DNA from: Octopus sinensis
Taxonomy: Eukaryota
Length of the DNA: 64,000 bases
Assembly: GCF_006345805.1 (NCBI RefSeq)
Contig: NC_043009.1
Span: forward strand, 40,672,001 to 40,736,000
Reading direction: 5' to 3'
The number at the start of each line of letters is the position of its first letter. Within the stretch, counting starts at the first letter, position 1. Below are positions 1 through 11,781 of the stretch, one piece after another. Below the pieces are notes generated by a model. That model saw only the letters and a list, made by a program, of their open reading frames with translations. It ran no database searches and was not told the origin of the DNA. The translations under genes were made by a program, and so were the position numbers.

Positions 1-64
1 CGGTGCTCCAGCATGGCCACAGTCAAATGACTGAAACAAGTAGAAGAGTAAAAGAGAGAGAGAG
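1..64 (+). mobile_element. 3' tail of SINE family A (cut by window edge)
   Basis: ggtgctccagcatggccacagtcaaatgactgaaacaagta..(aagagt)n matches the tail of the full copies at 1857, 2822 and 51640. Confidence 0.8.
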
Positions 65-382
65 TAAAACTAACGTCAACATTAGTCCTCTGGTAGCAGT
101 TAATTAAGGATGAATGAAAATGCATAAGAATTTTCCTAAGGCATACTTTGATCCAATATAAATACAGTTTGTTAATATACATTTTAATAAACACCGCATG
201 AAAATAATACAAGAACAATCTATTGCTAGTTTAATAACATTCTTTGTGTGTGTGGTACTAATAACCTGGTGTAGAAGTCAATATACGTATGCTTCTGAAC
301 GAAGCGTTGATCGAGTAGAGAGCGATGATAAGAACCAAGAGGACAAAGGAATAAATCGATTTATTCCTTTATCACTTACAAA

Positions 383-445
<63 letters not shown>

Positions 446-1796
446 TGTGTGTGTGTGTGTGTATAGTATGTAGATGTCAGTGAAGGACTAATTAATGCTA
501 AAATAAAAAGAAGGAAACATGAAGCAAACGAGAAATGGTAATTAACAAGTAATTAAAAAAAAAAGGAAATAAATGTTGAAATACCTGCGTCTTTGACAAT
601 GTGATCGTTCCAGTAAGCGATAGAAGCAGAAAAAATAACTTTAGGCCCATCGCGTGTGCGTTTGTGTGTGTATTGCAGTTAACTTATTGATAAGAGTCGC
701 AAGGTGGGTATACACACTTCTCACGTAGTAACAGTTAAATGGTATAGAAAAAGTTGTCAAATGGAAATTGAATATTTACACTAATCTCTTGTCACGTGAT
801 AGCAATTTACGCTTTCATTGGTTTAAGTTAGTCGCGATTTAGTGAAAAAGTTTAGTCGGCAGAGATTTTTCTTACTGCTTTCTCTTTTTTTCTTTCTGTT
901 GTTTCTTTGATATTTCTCTCTCTCTCTCGAAGAGCGGCGTGAAATGAAGTGTTTGTAGACTGAACTAGGAAGTATTCTTCGAGTTAACTTTTTCAAAGTG
1001 AGAGTATACGGTTGATTGTTATCTATGTTTTATATAAGATCTCTCGCCCTCTGACCAAGCGATGCTGCCTCAATCCGCCCACATAAGGATGTCACGTTGG
1101 AATATTTTGAGTCATGATACCCTTAAGCTAATACAAAGATTATAATCAAACGTTATATGAGTACGAGAGATGAGGCTGGGTGGCAGAGCCGACGATGATT
1201 TACAGCTGACGACAGTTCGAAAAATTTCAAGGGTGGCAGACGATAATAAGTAAATATAGCCACCCAAAGTTAATTTGGCTCGCTGCTGCTATGTTTTCCA
1301 CAACTTAGGCAAACTTTCATCTCCCCTTCCTTTTTATTTATTTATTATTTACTTATATACTTTTTTTTCGTGCTTTCTTCCGTCGCTTTATTGCAATAAC
1401 TTTTACCAAACCCATTGGTCTGAATGTCATCCCACTATAAGATTATTTCTAGGGAGTTTTTCATCTTTCATCAAGCGAAATTTAAAGTAAAATAATCTAA
1501 AAAATCTCAATGAGAAATATCTAAAATGAGAAAAAAATGAAATTTTATCTTTTTAAAATCTATTTCAGTTGTTGGACTGTGGTCAGGCTCCCGCACCACC
1601 TCGATGGGTCCTAGTACTAATACTTTTATTCAATTTTTTTTTTTAAGTCTTGGACTTATTGAATCGGTCTCTCCTGCCGAATGGAAATGAAAACAAACCA
1701 ACACCAGCCGTCAAGCAATGGTGCGCGGGTGTGTTTGCATGTGTGACAAAAACCATGAATTTGGTTGACCGAAACTACGTGGAAGCTCGTCGTAAA

Positions 1797-1856
<60 letters not shown>

Positions 1857-1857
<1 letters not shown>

Positions 1858-2065
1858 TCTTTTACTAGTTTCAGTCATTTGACTGCGGTCATGCTGGAGC
1901 ACCGCCTTTAGTCGACCAAATCGACGCCAGGACTAATTCTTTGTAAGCCTAGTACTTATTCTATCTCTTTTGCCGAACCGCTAGGTTACGGGGACGTAAA
2001 CACACCAACATCGGTTGCCAAGCGATGTTGGGGGGGGGGCAAACACAGACACAAAAACACACACA

Positions 2066-2113
<48 letters not shown>

Positions 2114-2261
2114 TACGACGGGCTTCTTCAGTTTCACTCACAAGGCTTTGGTCGGCCCGAGGCTATAGTAGAAGAAACTTGCCCAATGTGCCACGCAGTG
2201 GGACTGAATCCGGAAACATGTGGTTGGTAAGCAAGCTACTTACCACACAGCCACTCCTACG

Positions 2262-2263
<2 letters not shown>
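1857..2263 (-). mobile_element. tRNA-derived SINE family A, full length (internal TA/TG microsatellite)
   Basis: Minus strand reads ggcgtaggagtggctgtgtggtaag (A box)...ggttccggattcagtccc (B box), body, microsatellite, tail ...gactgaaactagtaaaagag. Confidence 0.9.
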
Positions 2264-2335
<72 letters not shown>

Positions 2336-2821
2336 TACTTGGAAGTGGATGCGTGGCTTTCGATCATGTAATAATATATATAATATATATATATAATATA
2401 ATATATATATATTTACGAAGGGCTTCCATGCGCGCTCACCGTTGCTCGATGACTGATGTTGATTTGTTTACATCCCCATAACTTATTGATTCAGCAAAAG
2501 AGACCGACTGAATAAGTACAAGACTTGAAAAAAAAAAAAAAAGTTTAATTAAAGTATAGGTACTGGGATCCATTTATCCGACTAAAACCTATCGAGGCGG
2601 TGCGGCAGACTAGCCGCAGGCCAGCGACTGAAACAATTCTTAAAATGATAAAATTTCATTTTTCTCATTTTAGATCTTGATTTTTTAGATTTTTTTTCTT
2701 TGAATTTCGCTTGATGAAAGATGAACACTTCCTAGAAATAATCTTAGATTGAGATGACATTCAGACCGTTTAGAAAATTTTATTGAAATGAAACGAAGAA
2801 AGAAAGCATGGAAAATAAGTA

Positions 2822-3219
2822 TACTCTTTTACTCTTTTACTTGTTTCAGTCATTTGACTGCGGCCATGCTGGAGCACCGCCTTTAGTCGAGCAAATCGAG
2901 CCCAGTACTTATTCTTTCGGTCTCGTTTGCCGAACCGCTAAGTGACGGGGACGTAAACACACCAGCATCGGTTGTCAAGCAATGCTAGGGGGACAAACAC
3001 AGACACACAAACATATACACACACACTTATATATATATATATATATATATGTACATATATACGACAGGCTTCTTTCAGTTTCCGTCTACCAAATCCACTC
3101 ACAAGGCATTGGTCGGCCCGGAGCTATAACAGAAGACACCTGCCCAAGATGCCACGCAGTGGGACTGAACCCGGAACCATGTGGTTGGTAAGCAAGCTAC
3201 TTACCACACAGCCACTCCT
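2822..3219 (-). mobile_element. SINE family A, near full length
   Basis: Collinear with 1857-2263 and 51640-52104. Confidence 0.9.
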
Positions 3220-3334
3220 GTGTAAGTAAATAATAAATAAATGAAGGGGAAGGGAAGATGAGTTTGCTGAAGTTGTGGAAAACTGTATTCTGCAATTTTT
3301 GCTGAACAATAACACAAAAGATTTGTTTATAATG

Positions 3335-3550
3335 ATCAAATGTTTGTGTTTACATCAGCTCACTCTCTCCATCAAAGCGACCTTACCTCTTGAGGTGCAC
3401 GGCGTGCCACACGTCAGATCACAAAATGATCGCAGAGCAACGTGAAATGAAGTGTTTTGCTCAAGGACACAACGCAACGCCCGTTCTGGGAATCGAAACC
3501 ATTATTTCGCAATCGTGAGTGTTATACCCTAACCACTAAGGCATGCGCCC
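3335..3550 (-). mobile_element. tRNA-headed SINE, older family
   Basis: Minus strand ggcgcatgccttagtggttagggt...ggtttcgattcc head followed by tgtgtccttgagcaaaacacttcatttcacgttgct; related decayed copy near 40370-40630. Confidence 0.65.
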
Positions 3551-3569
3551 ACGCCCACACACACACACA

Positions 3570-3612
<43 letters not shown>

Positions 3613-3780
3613 ATATATATTTCTGTACACTCACATTTATATATATTTGTGTACACACATAGCAGGCTTTCACACAATGTCCGTCTACCAAATAATAATT
3701 TTGAATCCGCCTTTACGTTCTGAGTTTAAATTCCGTCGGAGTCGACTTTTGCATTTCATCTTTTCGAGATCGATAAAATA

Positions 3781-3997
3781 CGAGGGGATGCTGAAAAGTT
3801 CCTGGCCTTAAAGATGTTACGAAAGGCCCGGTTGGAGGCCCAAACTTACGAGTTCTTTTATAGTGTTTAAAAAAACTGAAGGAACGTCACACTATTTGTG
3901 TGAATCTGAGAGGGGAATATGTTGAATAAAATCATGATTAACTGATCTTTCTGTATTTCCTTTTATCCAAAGCCAGGAACTTTTCAGCACCCCGTCG
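3781..3997. mobile_element. Mariner-type MITE nested in a SINE-B-like core
   Basis: TIRs cgaggggatgctgaaaagttcctggc / gccaggaacttttcagcaccccgtcg, flanked by TA on both sides (3779-80, 3998-99). Confidence 0.85.
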
Positions 3998-4077
3998 TAG
4001 GTACTAGCTGAACACCAGTTGACTCAATCGATTTACCTTTTCGCCAAAACCACTGGACTTGTGCCAAAATTTGAGGC

Positions 4078-4289
4078 ACATCTAAAACTCCACGAGGCTC
4101 CGGCAAGGGGTGGTGACGATGCCTGCTGTACTCTTTCGCCACAACTTTCTCTCATTCTTTCTTCTGTTGGCCTGCTCGCTTAGCCAGCGGGGTGGCGTCA
4201 TTTGAAGGCTAAAACAATGCGAAGCACATTGTGGCCAGCGATGTGTAGCAACTTCTGATAGCCTGGTCGGTCACGGTGATCACGGTGAT
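4078..4289 (+). mobile_element. SINE family C, 5'-truncated
   Basis: Matches the 3' two-thirds of the full copy at 56332-56641. Confidence 0.85.
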
Positions 4290-4351
4290 ATATATATATA
4301 TATATATATATACATACATACACACACATGATGGGCTTCCTCACTGTTTCT

Positions 4352-4572
4352 TATTTCTTTATTGCCCACAAGGGGCTAAACATAGAGAAGACAGACAAAG
4401 GGATTAAGTCGATTACATCGATCCCAGTGTGTAATTGGTACTCAATTTATCGACCCCGAAAGAATGAAAGGCAAAGTCGACCTCGGCGGAATTTGAACTC
4501 GGAACGTAGCTGCAGACGAAATACCGCTAAGTATTTCGTCCAGCGTGCTAACGTTTATGCCAGCTCGCCGCC
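4352..4572 (-). mobile_element. SINE family B (tRNA head + Meta-like core gtcgactttgcctttcatcctttcggggtcgata), inserted into a SINE-A-like element
   Basis: Full head ggcggcgagctggc; flanking near-duplication cttcct(c/t)actgtttct at 4336-4351 and 4572-4587; SINE-A-like 5' part continues to ~4725. Confidence 0.9.
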
Positions 4573-4911
4573 TTCCTTACTGTTTCTGTCTACCCAATTC
4601 ACCCACAAAGTATTGGTCAGCCCAGCGCTTTAGTTACAGACACTTGCCTTAAGTGACGCACTGTGGGAACACAAAACCCCGTGGTTGCAAAGCGAACTTC
4701 TTAACGAAACTGCGGTCTGCTCCTATAAAATTATTGGGTTGGTATTTTGACCGTCGCTACGTTCTGAGTTCAAATTCCGCCGAGGTCGATTTTGTCGTTG
4801 ACCCTTTCAGAGTTGATAAAATAAATACCAGTAAAACACCGAGGATGAAGTAATCGATTTGTCCCCACTCCTTACAATTTCGGGCTTTGTGCCTATAGTA
4901 GAAAGAATTAT

Positions 4912-5056
4912 TATTACCTCCACCTTAACGAAGGCAAAGGTATTGTTTTCAGTCGTGTTTGTCCGTGGACTTTCAATAACCGCTAGATGGATTCGAATGA
5001 AACTTTCAGAGATGTTTGGCCTCGTGACTGGCACAAACTCATTAGATTTTGAGATC
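4912..5056 (+). mobile_element. HINE (Helentron-type non-autonomous element), 5' piece
   Basis: Starts attacctccacc..aaggcaaaggtattgttttc; subterminal IR acctccacc pairs with ttggtgaaggt in the 3' piece at 10925-10967. Family call from recalled HINE/DINE-1-like architecture. Confidence 0.65.
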
Positions 5057-6770
5057 TGTTTTTTTTATTACCCATGTGGGCTAACATAGAGGTGACAAAA
5101 CAAAACATGAGGGACATAAAACATATATAAAAAATAGAAATGAATATTATAATGTATGAAGACATGAATGGGGAAAATGGAAATGGAACCACTCGCCCCA
5201 CTTACGATTGGCCTCATTTTCTACTTCTTAAATCCTGAACCTTCCAACACATCGATACCTGTTTCCTCTAACCACCGATCGTACGTAGTAAAGTCTAGGA
5301 ATGAGCTCCAGCTGCACTCCACCTCCCAACAATAAAATCCAACCATATACTCTTGTATTTTTTCCTCCTGCTTCTTATCGGGTGGATGTTCCTCCACGTT
5401 ATCATACCCCTTAATTCCAATACACTTTATGTCCCATTCCGCCGAATCCCTTAACAGTTCGTCGCTAAGCAGCATATAAATCCTAGAGTTTTTCCTTCTC
5501 TTTTTTGACTTGGGGTGAGGGGTTTGGGGTTTCATTGTATGTATTTGCCTCTTGTTTTTGTGTCGGATGGGAATGGATAGGCCTAGTGTCTGCAGGGAGT
5601 GAGTGGGTGGGTCTGAGAGGGAGTGAGTGGGTGGGTCTGAGAGGGCGTGCGTGGGATGGGTGTGGGATGCGGTTTACAGTTTAGTTTACTTGCCTTTTTT
5701 CTTTTTCTTCCTGTCACATTTTCCCATTTATATTTTTCTATTTCCGCTACTTCCTTTTCTTTTTCGGTTACTTCCTTTCTGCGGCACTCTTCTGTCTTCT
5801 CTTCCGTATTTTCCGGTTGCTTTTCCTCTGGTTTTCTTGGCTTTGATGTACATTCTGCTCTTATGTGTCCCTTCTGGCCACATTTAAAGCAGCGTGGAAC
5901 TCTCCCTTCCACCCTGACAATCATAATTGTTTCTTCCATAATTATCGTTTCTGTAATCTTTTCCGTTGCCTCTTTTGTACCCTGGACTATCATCTCCGGT
6001 GACTGACCTCTCCAGTTGACGCACTCTTTTTTCTTGACCTAGAGCACCACTATGTTGTCCTCATTATCAAAGAGGACCGCATCTGCTACCCAGGTCACAT
6101 CAATCTCCAAGGGGATTCCTGCAACCGTGACCCTTGCTGCTCTCATGCCTCTTATACGTGAGCAAAAGCACCACTTCTTCGCTCCGAATTGTCGACGCTG
6201 CATGTTTCCTTGCTGCTACTGCATTACGAAACCTTCCTTCAACTGTTCCAAATGTTGAGCCTCTAGTCAGGTATATTATGTCTTCCCAAATCTGCTTTAA
6301 CGCCTTTTCTATTTGTTATGTTGTGACGACGTCTATTCTTCCTTTATTTATCGAAAAGGTTCGATAGATTATCGTCTTTTCCCTTATTCCGTTTTTAACC
6401 TCTTGCGGGGCGACAGCTTCACTTCGAACCCTTTTCGGTTCATTTTTTCTTTGTGTCTTCCGAATTCCCTGATATCCACTTCTGTTTCCTTGCACCTTGC
6501 TGCATCAACAAAATTCCTCTTCTCTTTTCTCAGTTTCTGGTCCATTGTCTTAACCGCCTCCAACAACTCTTCCTCGGACGATGACATGTCTGAGTAACTA
6601 TAACTGTCTTCAGGTATTCTTCAACCAGCTGTCTCTTCTCTTACGAGAAGAGAAAGCACAAACAAAAACACACGTAAACCCCCAAACCGCTGCAAAGCAG
6701 CACAAAAACTATTTAAAAAAATCACCAACACAAAATTACAACTGGCACGCACCGATTCGACGTTGGAATC
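5057..6770 (-). mobile_element. ORF1-only non-LTR element T1 (Tx1/L1-like ORF1 pseudogene, no ORF2)
   Basis: Minus-strand pieces 6384-6587 (MSSSEEELL..), 5583-5993 (VRVEGRVPRCFKCGQKGHIRAEC = CX2CX4HX4C), 5221-5535; poly(A) tail at 5059-5066; gatc on both flanks. Confidence 0.8.
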
Positions 6771-6934
6771 GATCGGTACCGGACAAGGATTCTAGATTTT
6801 TCCTTCTTTTTTTTTTTACACAATTTTTGAGAGCGGTCGGGTTAATTTTTAGTATTTTCGTTTGTGAGAGCAGTCGAGTTTATTTCAGATATTCTCATTT
6901 TAAAAATCCTCTCAGGCTAATCGTTGAGAGGACG
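6771..6934 (+). mobile_element. HINE middle piece
   Basis: gatcggtaccggacaaggattc...cgttgagaggacg resumes after the gatc at 5053-5056 and ends in aggacg, which recurs at 10919-10924. Confidence 0.55.
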
Positions 6935-8620
6935 CCGGTGCCGCCTCAGGTTCTTAGTAGGTCTACTAGTTGTTTTTCGTGTTGAATTTTTGTGCCGAAA
7001 TTTTGTGTTGTAATTTTGTGTTAATGTTCGTTTGAACACTTTTGTGAACTGTTTTTGCTGCTTTGTGACAGCCTGTTTGTGCTTTCCCTCCTCTTGTGAG
7101 GAGGTTGGCCCAATTTGAAAAGAAAATTAAAGGAATATTTTATTCAGACCTCAGCGGTTCTGAGTTGTCTTCTTCCGAAGACGAGTTGTTGCAGGCTATT
7201 AGAGGGGTGGACGGGAGGGTGAGGGAGGACAGAAAGTTCGCAGATGTGGCGGGGCGCCGGGAAAAAGAAATGGACGTGCGAGAAATTATAAACTGTAAGG
7301 AAATGCTGAAGGGGTACGGTTTTAGTGTGGAACTGTTCCTCTCACAAGAGGCGTTGAACGACATCAGAGGGAGAACAATCACGAACAAGAAGTATTCGAT
7401 AAAGGCGGGCAGGATTGATGTAGTGACCGCAGAGCAGGTTGAGGGGGCACTGAGGTCGATTTGGCGGGATATTGTGTATATTGCGGGAGGAACAAGATTT
7501 GGAATGGTGGAGGCGGGATTTAAGAACAGGGAAGTTACGGAGCGGTGTACAGCGAGGACTATCAGGAATAAGGGGCTTGTGCTTCTACACACGTACCTGG
7601 GACGTCGGGGGTCGGAGTAGAAGGGATTCCCCTGAAGATAAACGTGGCCTGGATGGTGGCCGCAGTCCTCATGGAAAATGAGGTAATCCAGGCCACAAAA
7701 ACGCATGTGGAGAGGACAGACGCTTGAGATGACAATCCAAACCTCAGCAGATATCCTGGGAAGTATGATAGAGACCGTCACGTTGGACGAAGTAGTAATG
7801 AGAATGAGGGTGGAGGGCAGAATCCCTCGATGCTTTAAATATGGTCTAAAGGGTCACATCAGAGCGAACTGCCCTTCACCAACCAAAAAGATGGAGGAGA
7901 CAAAGAAAAAGGAACCACAGGAGAAGCAAGTGAATAAGGAAGAAGAAAAAAATACTAACAGAAGAAATGGACAATGAATGGGAAACCATTGGTAAAAGAA
8001 GCAAGAGAAAAAGAAAAAAACTAAGTCCCATAACTACCCCACAACCACCCACACCCTCTTCGTCCTACCCTTCCCCTACAGGCACCAAAGCTTCCCATCC
8101 CTCTCTGAAACAGAAAAATGTACATACAGATAAAAAAACTGCCAAACTCCCTCCTCCCAGACAAAAAAGAAAAATGCACTGTTATTACGTATGATGATTC
8201 TAACGAAAAATTGTGTAGGGAGATAGCATCTTTGGGAAGATTACAAATCAGTAAGAACAGTGGGATTTGATGACATTAAAAAATGGCATTGTTGTGTGTT
8301 ACCTACAGATGAACAAAGAGAGATAGTATTAAGATATAAAAGTGGATATAGGGTTTGGGAAGTGGAATGAGATAGGGATATACTGCCAAACCATTTGTAT
8401 CATGAAAATTTGTATCATGGAAAATATGGGGTAGATATTTTGGCGGGAACAAGTATAAATGAAGTTACTCGGAGGTGGGGCCGAATAGCCTCATTACATT
8501 TTTCATCTTGTTATTTCATGTTTCTCTCGTACGTTGACCTAATTTTCCCGTTTTATATCACCACATGTAATGTGTTGTCCCCTCTATATTCGCCCCTTGG
8601 TGAGTAATAAAAAAAAAAAA
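6935..8620 (+). mobile_element. ORF1-only non-LTR element T2
   Basis: ORFs 7096-7620 and 7705-7977 (RVEGRIPRCFKYGLKGHIRANC, decayed knuckle); T-rich 5' UTR; ends cgccccttggtgagtaat(a)n. Confidence 0.8.
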
Positions 8621-10916
8621 GGTTGCTAGTAAGTTATTCTACTGGTATTTTTCATAGGCGGTGAGCTGGCAGAAACGTTAGCACGCCGGGCGAAATGCTT
8701 AGCAGTATTTCGTCTGCCGCTTCGCTCTGAGTTCAAATTCCGCCGAGGTCGACTTTGCCTTTCATCCTTTCGAGGTCGATTAAATAAGTACCAGTTACGC
8801 ACTGGGGTCGATATTATCGACTTAATCCGTTTGTCTGTCCTTGTTTGTCCCCTCTGTGTATAGCCCCTTGTGGGTAGTAAAGAAATAGGTATTTTTCATA
8901 GTATTAAGACGTGTTGAAAATTTTGTGTAAGTGTTCGTTTGAACACTTTACCAAACTGTTTTTGCTGCTTTGTGTCAGTTTGTTTGTGCTTTCCCTTCTC
9001 TTATGAGGAGAGTTAGCGCAATGGAAAAGAGTAAAAAGAAAACGTTTTACTCAGACCTCAGCGGTTCTGAGTCGTCTTCTCCCGAAGACGAATTGTTGCA
9101 GGCTATTGAAAAAAAAATGGACGAGAGAGTGAAGGAGGGCAGAAAGTTCGCAGAAGTGGTAAGACGCCAAGAAGAAGAAGTAACATGAAAAAATTTGCTA
9201 ACTATAAGAAAATGTTGAGTAAGGACGGTTCGAAAGTGGAATTGCCCACCCACCCCAACTCCGCAAGAAACATTGAAAGACTTCAGAGAGAGAACGATTA
9301 CGTACAAGTCTTTTTTCGATAAAAACAGGCAAAATTGATATCGTAACTACAGGGCAAATTGAAAAAGCATTGAGGCCAATTTGGTATGACATTGCATACA
9401 TTGCAAGAGTTCAAAATTCGGAATAGTAGAAGCAAGGTACAAAAACAAGAAAATTGCAAAGAACTAAGCAAGGACTATCAGGGATGAAGAATTTGTGCTT
9501 TTACTCACTTATATGAGACGTCAGGCATCAAGAGTCAGAGTTGAAAGAATTCCACTAGAGATAGATGTGGCCTGGATAGTGGCCGCAGTCCTCTTGGAAA
9601 AAGAGAACGACATAACGGTTCTCCAGGCCACAAAACGAATAGCGAAATGTAGAGAGGACAAACGCTTGAGATGACAATCTAAGTCCCAGCGGATGTCATG
9701 GAAAATAGAGTAAAGATCGTCATGTTGGACGAAGTAGTAATGAGAGTGAGGGTGGAGGGCAGAATCCCTCGATGCTTTAAATGTGGCTTAAAGGGTCACA
9801 TCAGAGCGGACTGCCCTTCACCAACAAAAATGATGGAGGAGAACCAGGAAAAGGAACCACAGGAGGGGCAAGTGAATAAGGAAGAAGAAAAAATACTAAC
9901 GGAAGAAAAGGACAATGAATGGTTTCCCATTCATTGATAAAAGAAGCTAAAGAAAAAGAAAATAAGTCCCATAACCACCCCACACCCTCTTCGTCCTGCC
10001 CTTCGCCTACAGGCACCAAACCTTCCCATCCCTCTCCGACACAAAAAGAAAGACATACATACAGACAAAAAACGCCCAAACTCCCTCCTCCCAGACAAAG
10101 GAAAAAAGGCTCAGTTATTATGTATGATGACGCTAATGAAGAATTGCATATTGAGATAGTAACTTGGAAAGACGGCATGGTAGTGAATACAAAGGAATTC
10201 GATAAAATTAAAAGTTGGTACTGTTATATATTACTTTCAGAAGAACAAAGAAAGAATACGTAAGGTATACTAGCCATCTCAATATGGCTAACCACAAAGG
10301 GTGGGTGTTACTGTAGCTCTTAGCCCCAGGAGATCATCGTCTCCAGCTGGCTTTAGGCACACTTTCTGTGCCCTTATGGTATTTGCAAATGGAGGTCATC
10401 CTTCTCTCGTAAACCTAAGTGACACGCACGGACTGCAGTTTCTAGGTATTTGCCTGTCTTCGGCGTACGGCAGTCACCGGTTTATGATGAAAGGGAGACC
10501 TGTTTGCAAATACTTATTGTTTTTCTAGTAACTTCCGTCATGATTTCGAAAAACTGTCTGCAAGCAATAATATATCTCTGAACGAGATGTAAAGAAAGAA
10601 TATATTAAAATATAAAGGTGGACATAGAATGTGGAAAGTGGAACTAGATAGGAATATACTGCCAGGCTTTGTGACTTATGATGAGTTGCTGAAAGAACAT
10701 GGGATAGATATTTTGGAGGGAACAGGATACAAAAGGAGTCAAAGGTAGAAATGAAGTTGCCCGGAGGTGAGGCCCAGTAGCTTCATTATATTTTTTCATT
10801 TTCATTTGTCATTTCATGTTTCTCATACGTTGTCCTATTCCCTCACCCTTGTTTTGTGTCCCCACATGTAATGTATCGTCCCCTCTGTCTTCGCCCCTTG
10901 GTGGGCAATAAAAAGA
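8621..10916 (+). mobile_element. ORF1-only non-LTR element T3 (contains a SINE-B and a 332-bp insert)
   Basis: ORFs 8970-9188, 9698-9937 (PRCFKCGLKGHIRADC), 9919-10263; highly similar to T2; ends cgccccttggtgggcaataaaaaga. Confidence 0.8.
8657..8887 (+). mobile_element. SINE family B, full length, inside the T3 5' UTR
   Basis: 14-bp TSD ggtatttttcatag at 8644-8657 and 8888-8901. Confidence 0.92.
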
Positions 10917-10924
10917 TTAGGACG

Positions 10925-10967
10925 TTGGTGTTGCCTTGGTGAAGGTTTTCGATCTCTGGGTGCTCTT
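10925..10967 (+). mobile_element. HINE 3' piece
   Basis: ttggtgttgccttggtgaaggttttcgatctctgggtgctctt resembles the HINE terminus (subTIR plus short 3' stem). Confidence 0.6.
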
Positions 10968-11185
10968 ACAGAAACGTTAGCACGTGGGCGAAATGCGTAG
11001 CCGTATTTCGTCTGCCGTTACATTGTGAGTTCAAATTCCGCCGAGGTCCACTTTGCCTTTCATCCTTTCGGTGTCGATAAATAAAATACCAGTTACGCAC
11101 TGGGGTCGATGTAATCGACTTAATCCCTTTGTTTGTCCTTGTTTGTCTCCTCTATGTTTAGCCCCTTGTGCGCAGTAAAGAAATA
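10968..11185 (+). mobile_element. SINE family B, slightly 5'-truncated
   Basis: Collinear with 8657-8887. Confidence 0.9.
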
Positions 11186-11781
11186 TATATTTGCTACGAG
11201 TGATAAGCACATGGTTTCGAAGACGCTGTGTGAGTCTATTGTTTTCACTTATTTGTTATTGTTTTCTGTTCTAAGTTTTTGTTTAAACTCGTTAAGAACA
11301 CCAGAAATTTCCTGGCTAGGGTTCTGTGGTTGTTTTTGCCCCGTAAGGGACAATATTTTGTCTTCGTAAAACGTCTAGTTTGAAAAAAAAAAACAACAAA
11401 AAAACATACGTACAAGATGGCATCATCAACTGTCATCATTGGAGTGGTGAGTGGGAGAGCCGTACCTTTCAACAGCCCTCCCTCAGACCAAGACTTTCCT
11501 CCTCTTCTTCCGTCGTCCACTCCCCTTGAAGACTCTGAGACGAAGGGTGACGGCGGCGATAGCGGCAACAATAACAACAATAAGAACAAGAAAAATCTGG
11601 ACTGTGAAAGAGCACGAGGAATCAGCAGCGAGTACATCACCACCACCACCACTACCACTACTAGTAGAAGCAGCACGAAGTCAAGCAGCGAACATAGTGA
11701 GAACAACAGCAACAACAGTAATTCCAACCCCCACCAACAATACAGTCACTACAACAAGATACAGTATTCTTGTCTACTCTA

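Noticed and set aside
5583-9937. Retroviral/LTR gag or a host CNBP-like gene for the CCHC ORFs
   Set aside because: No LTRs, PBS, protease or integrase; poly(A) ends and homology to the ORF1 of the APE-bearing T4 favour non-LTR ORF1
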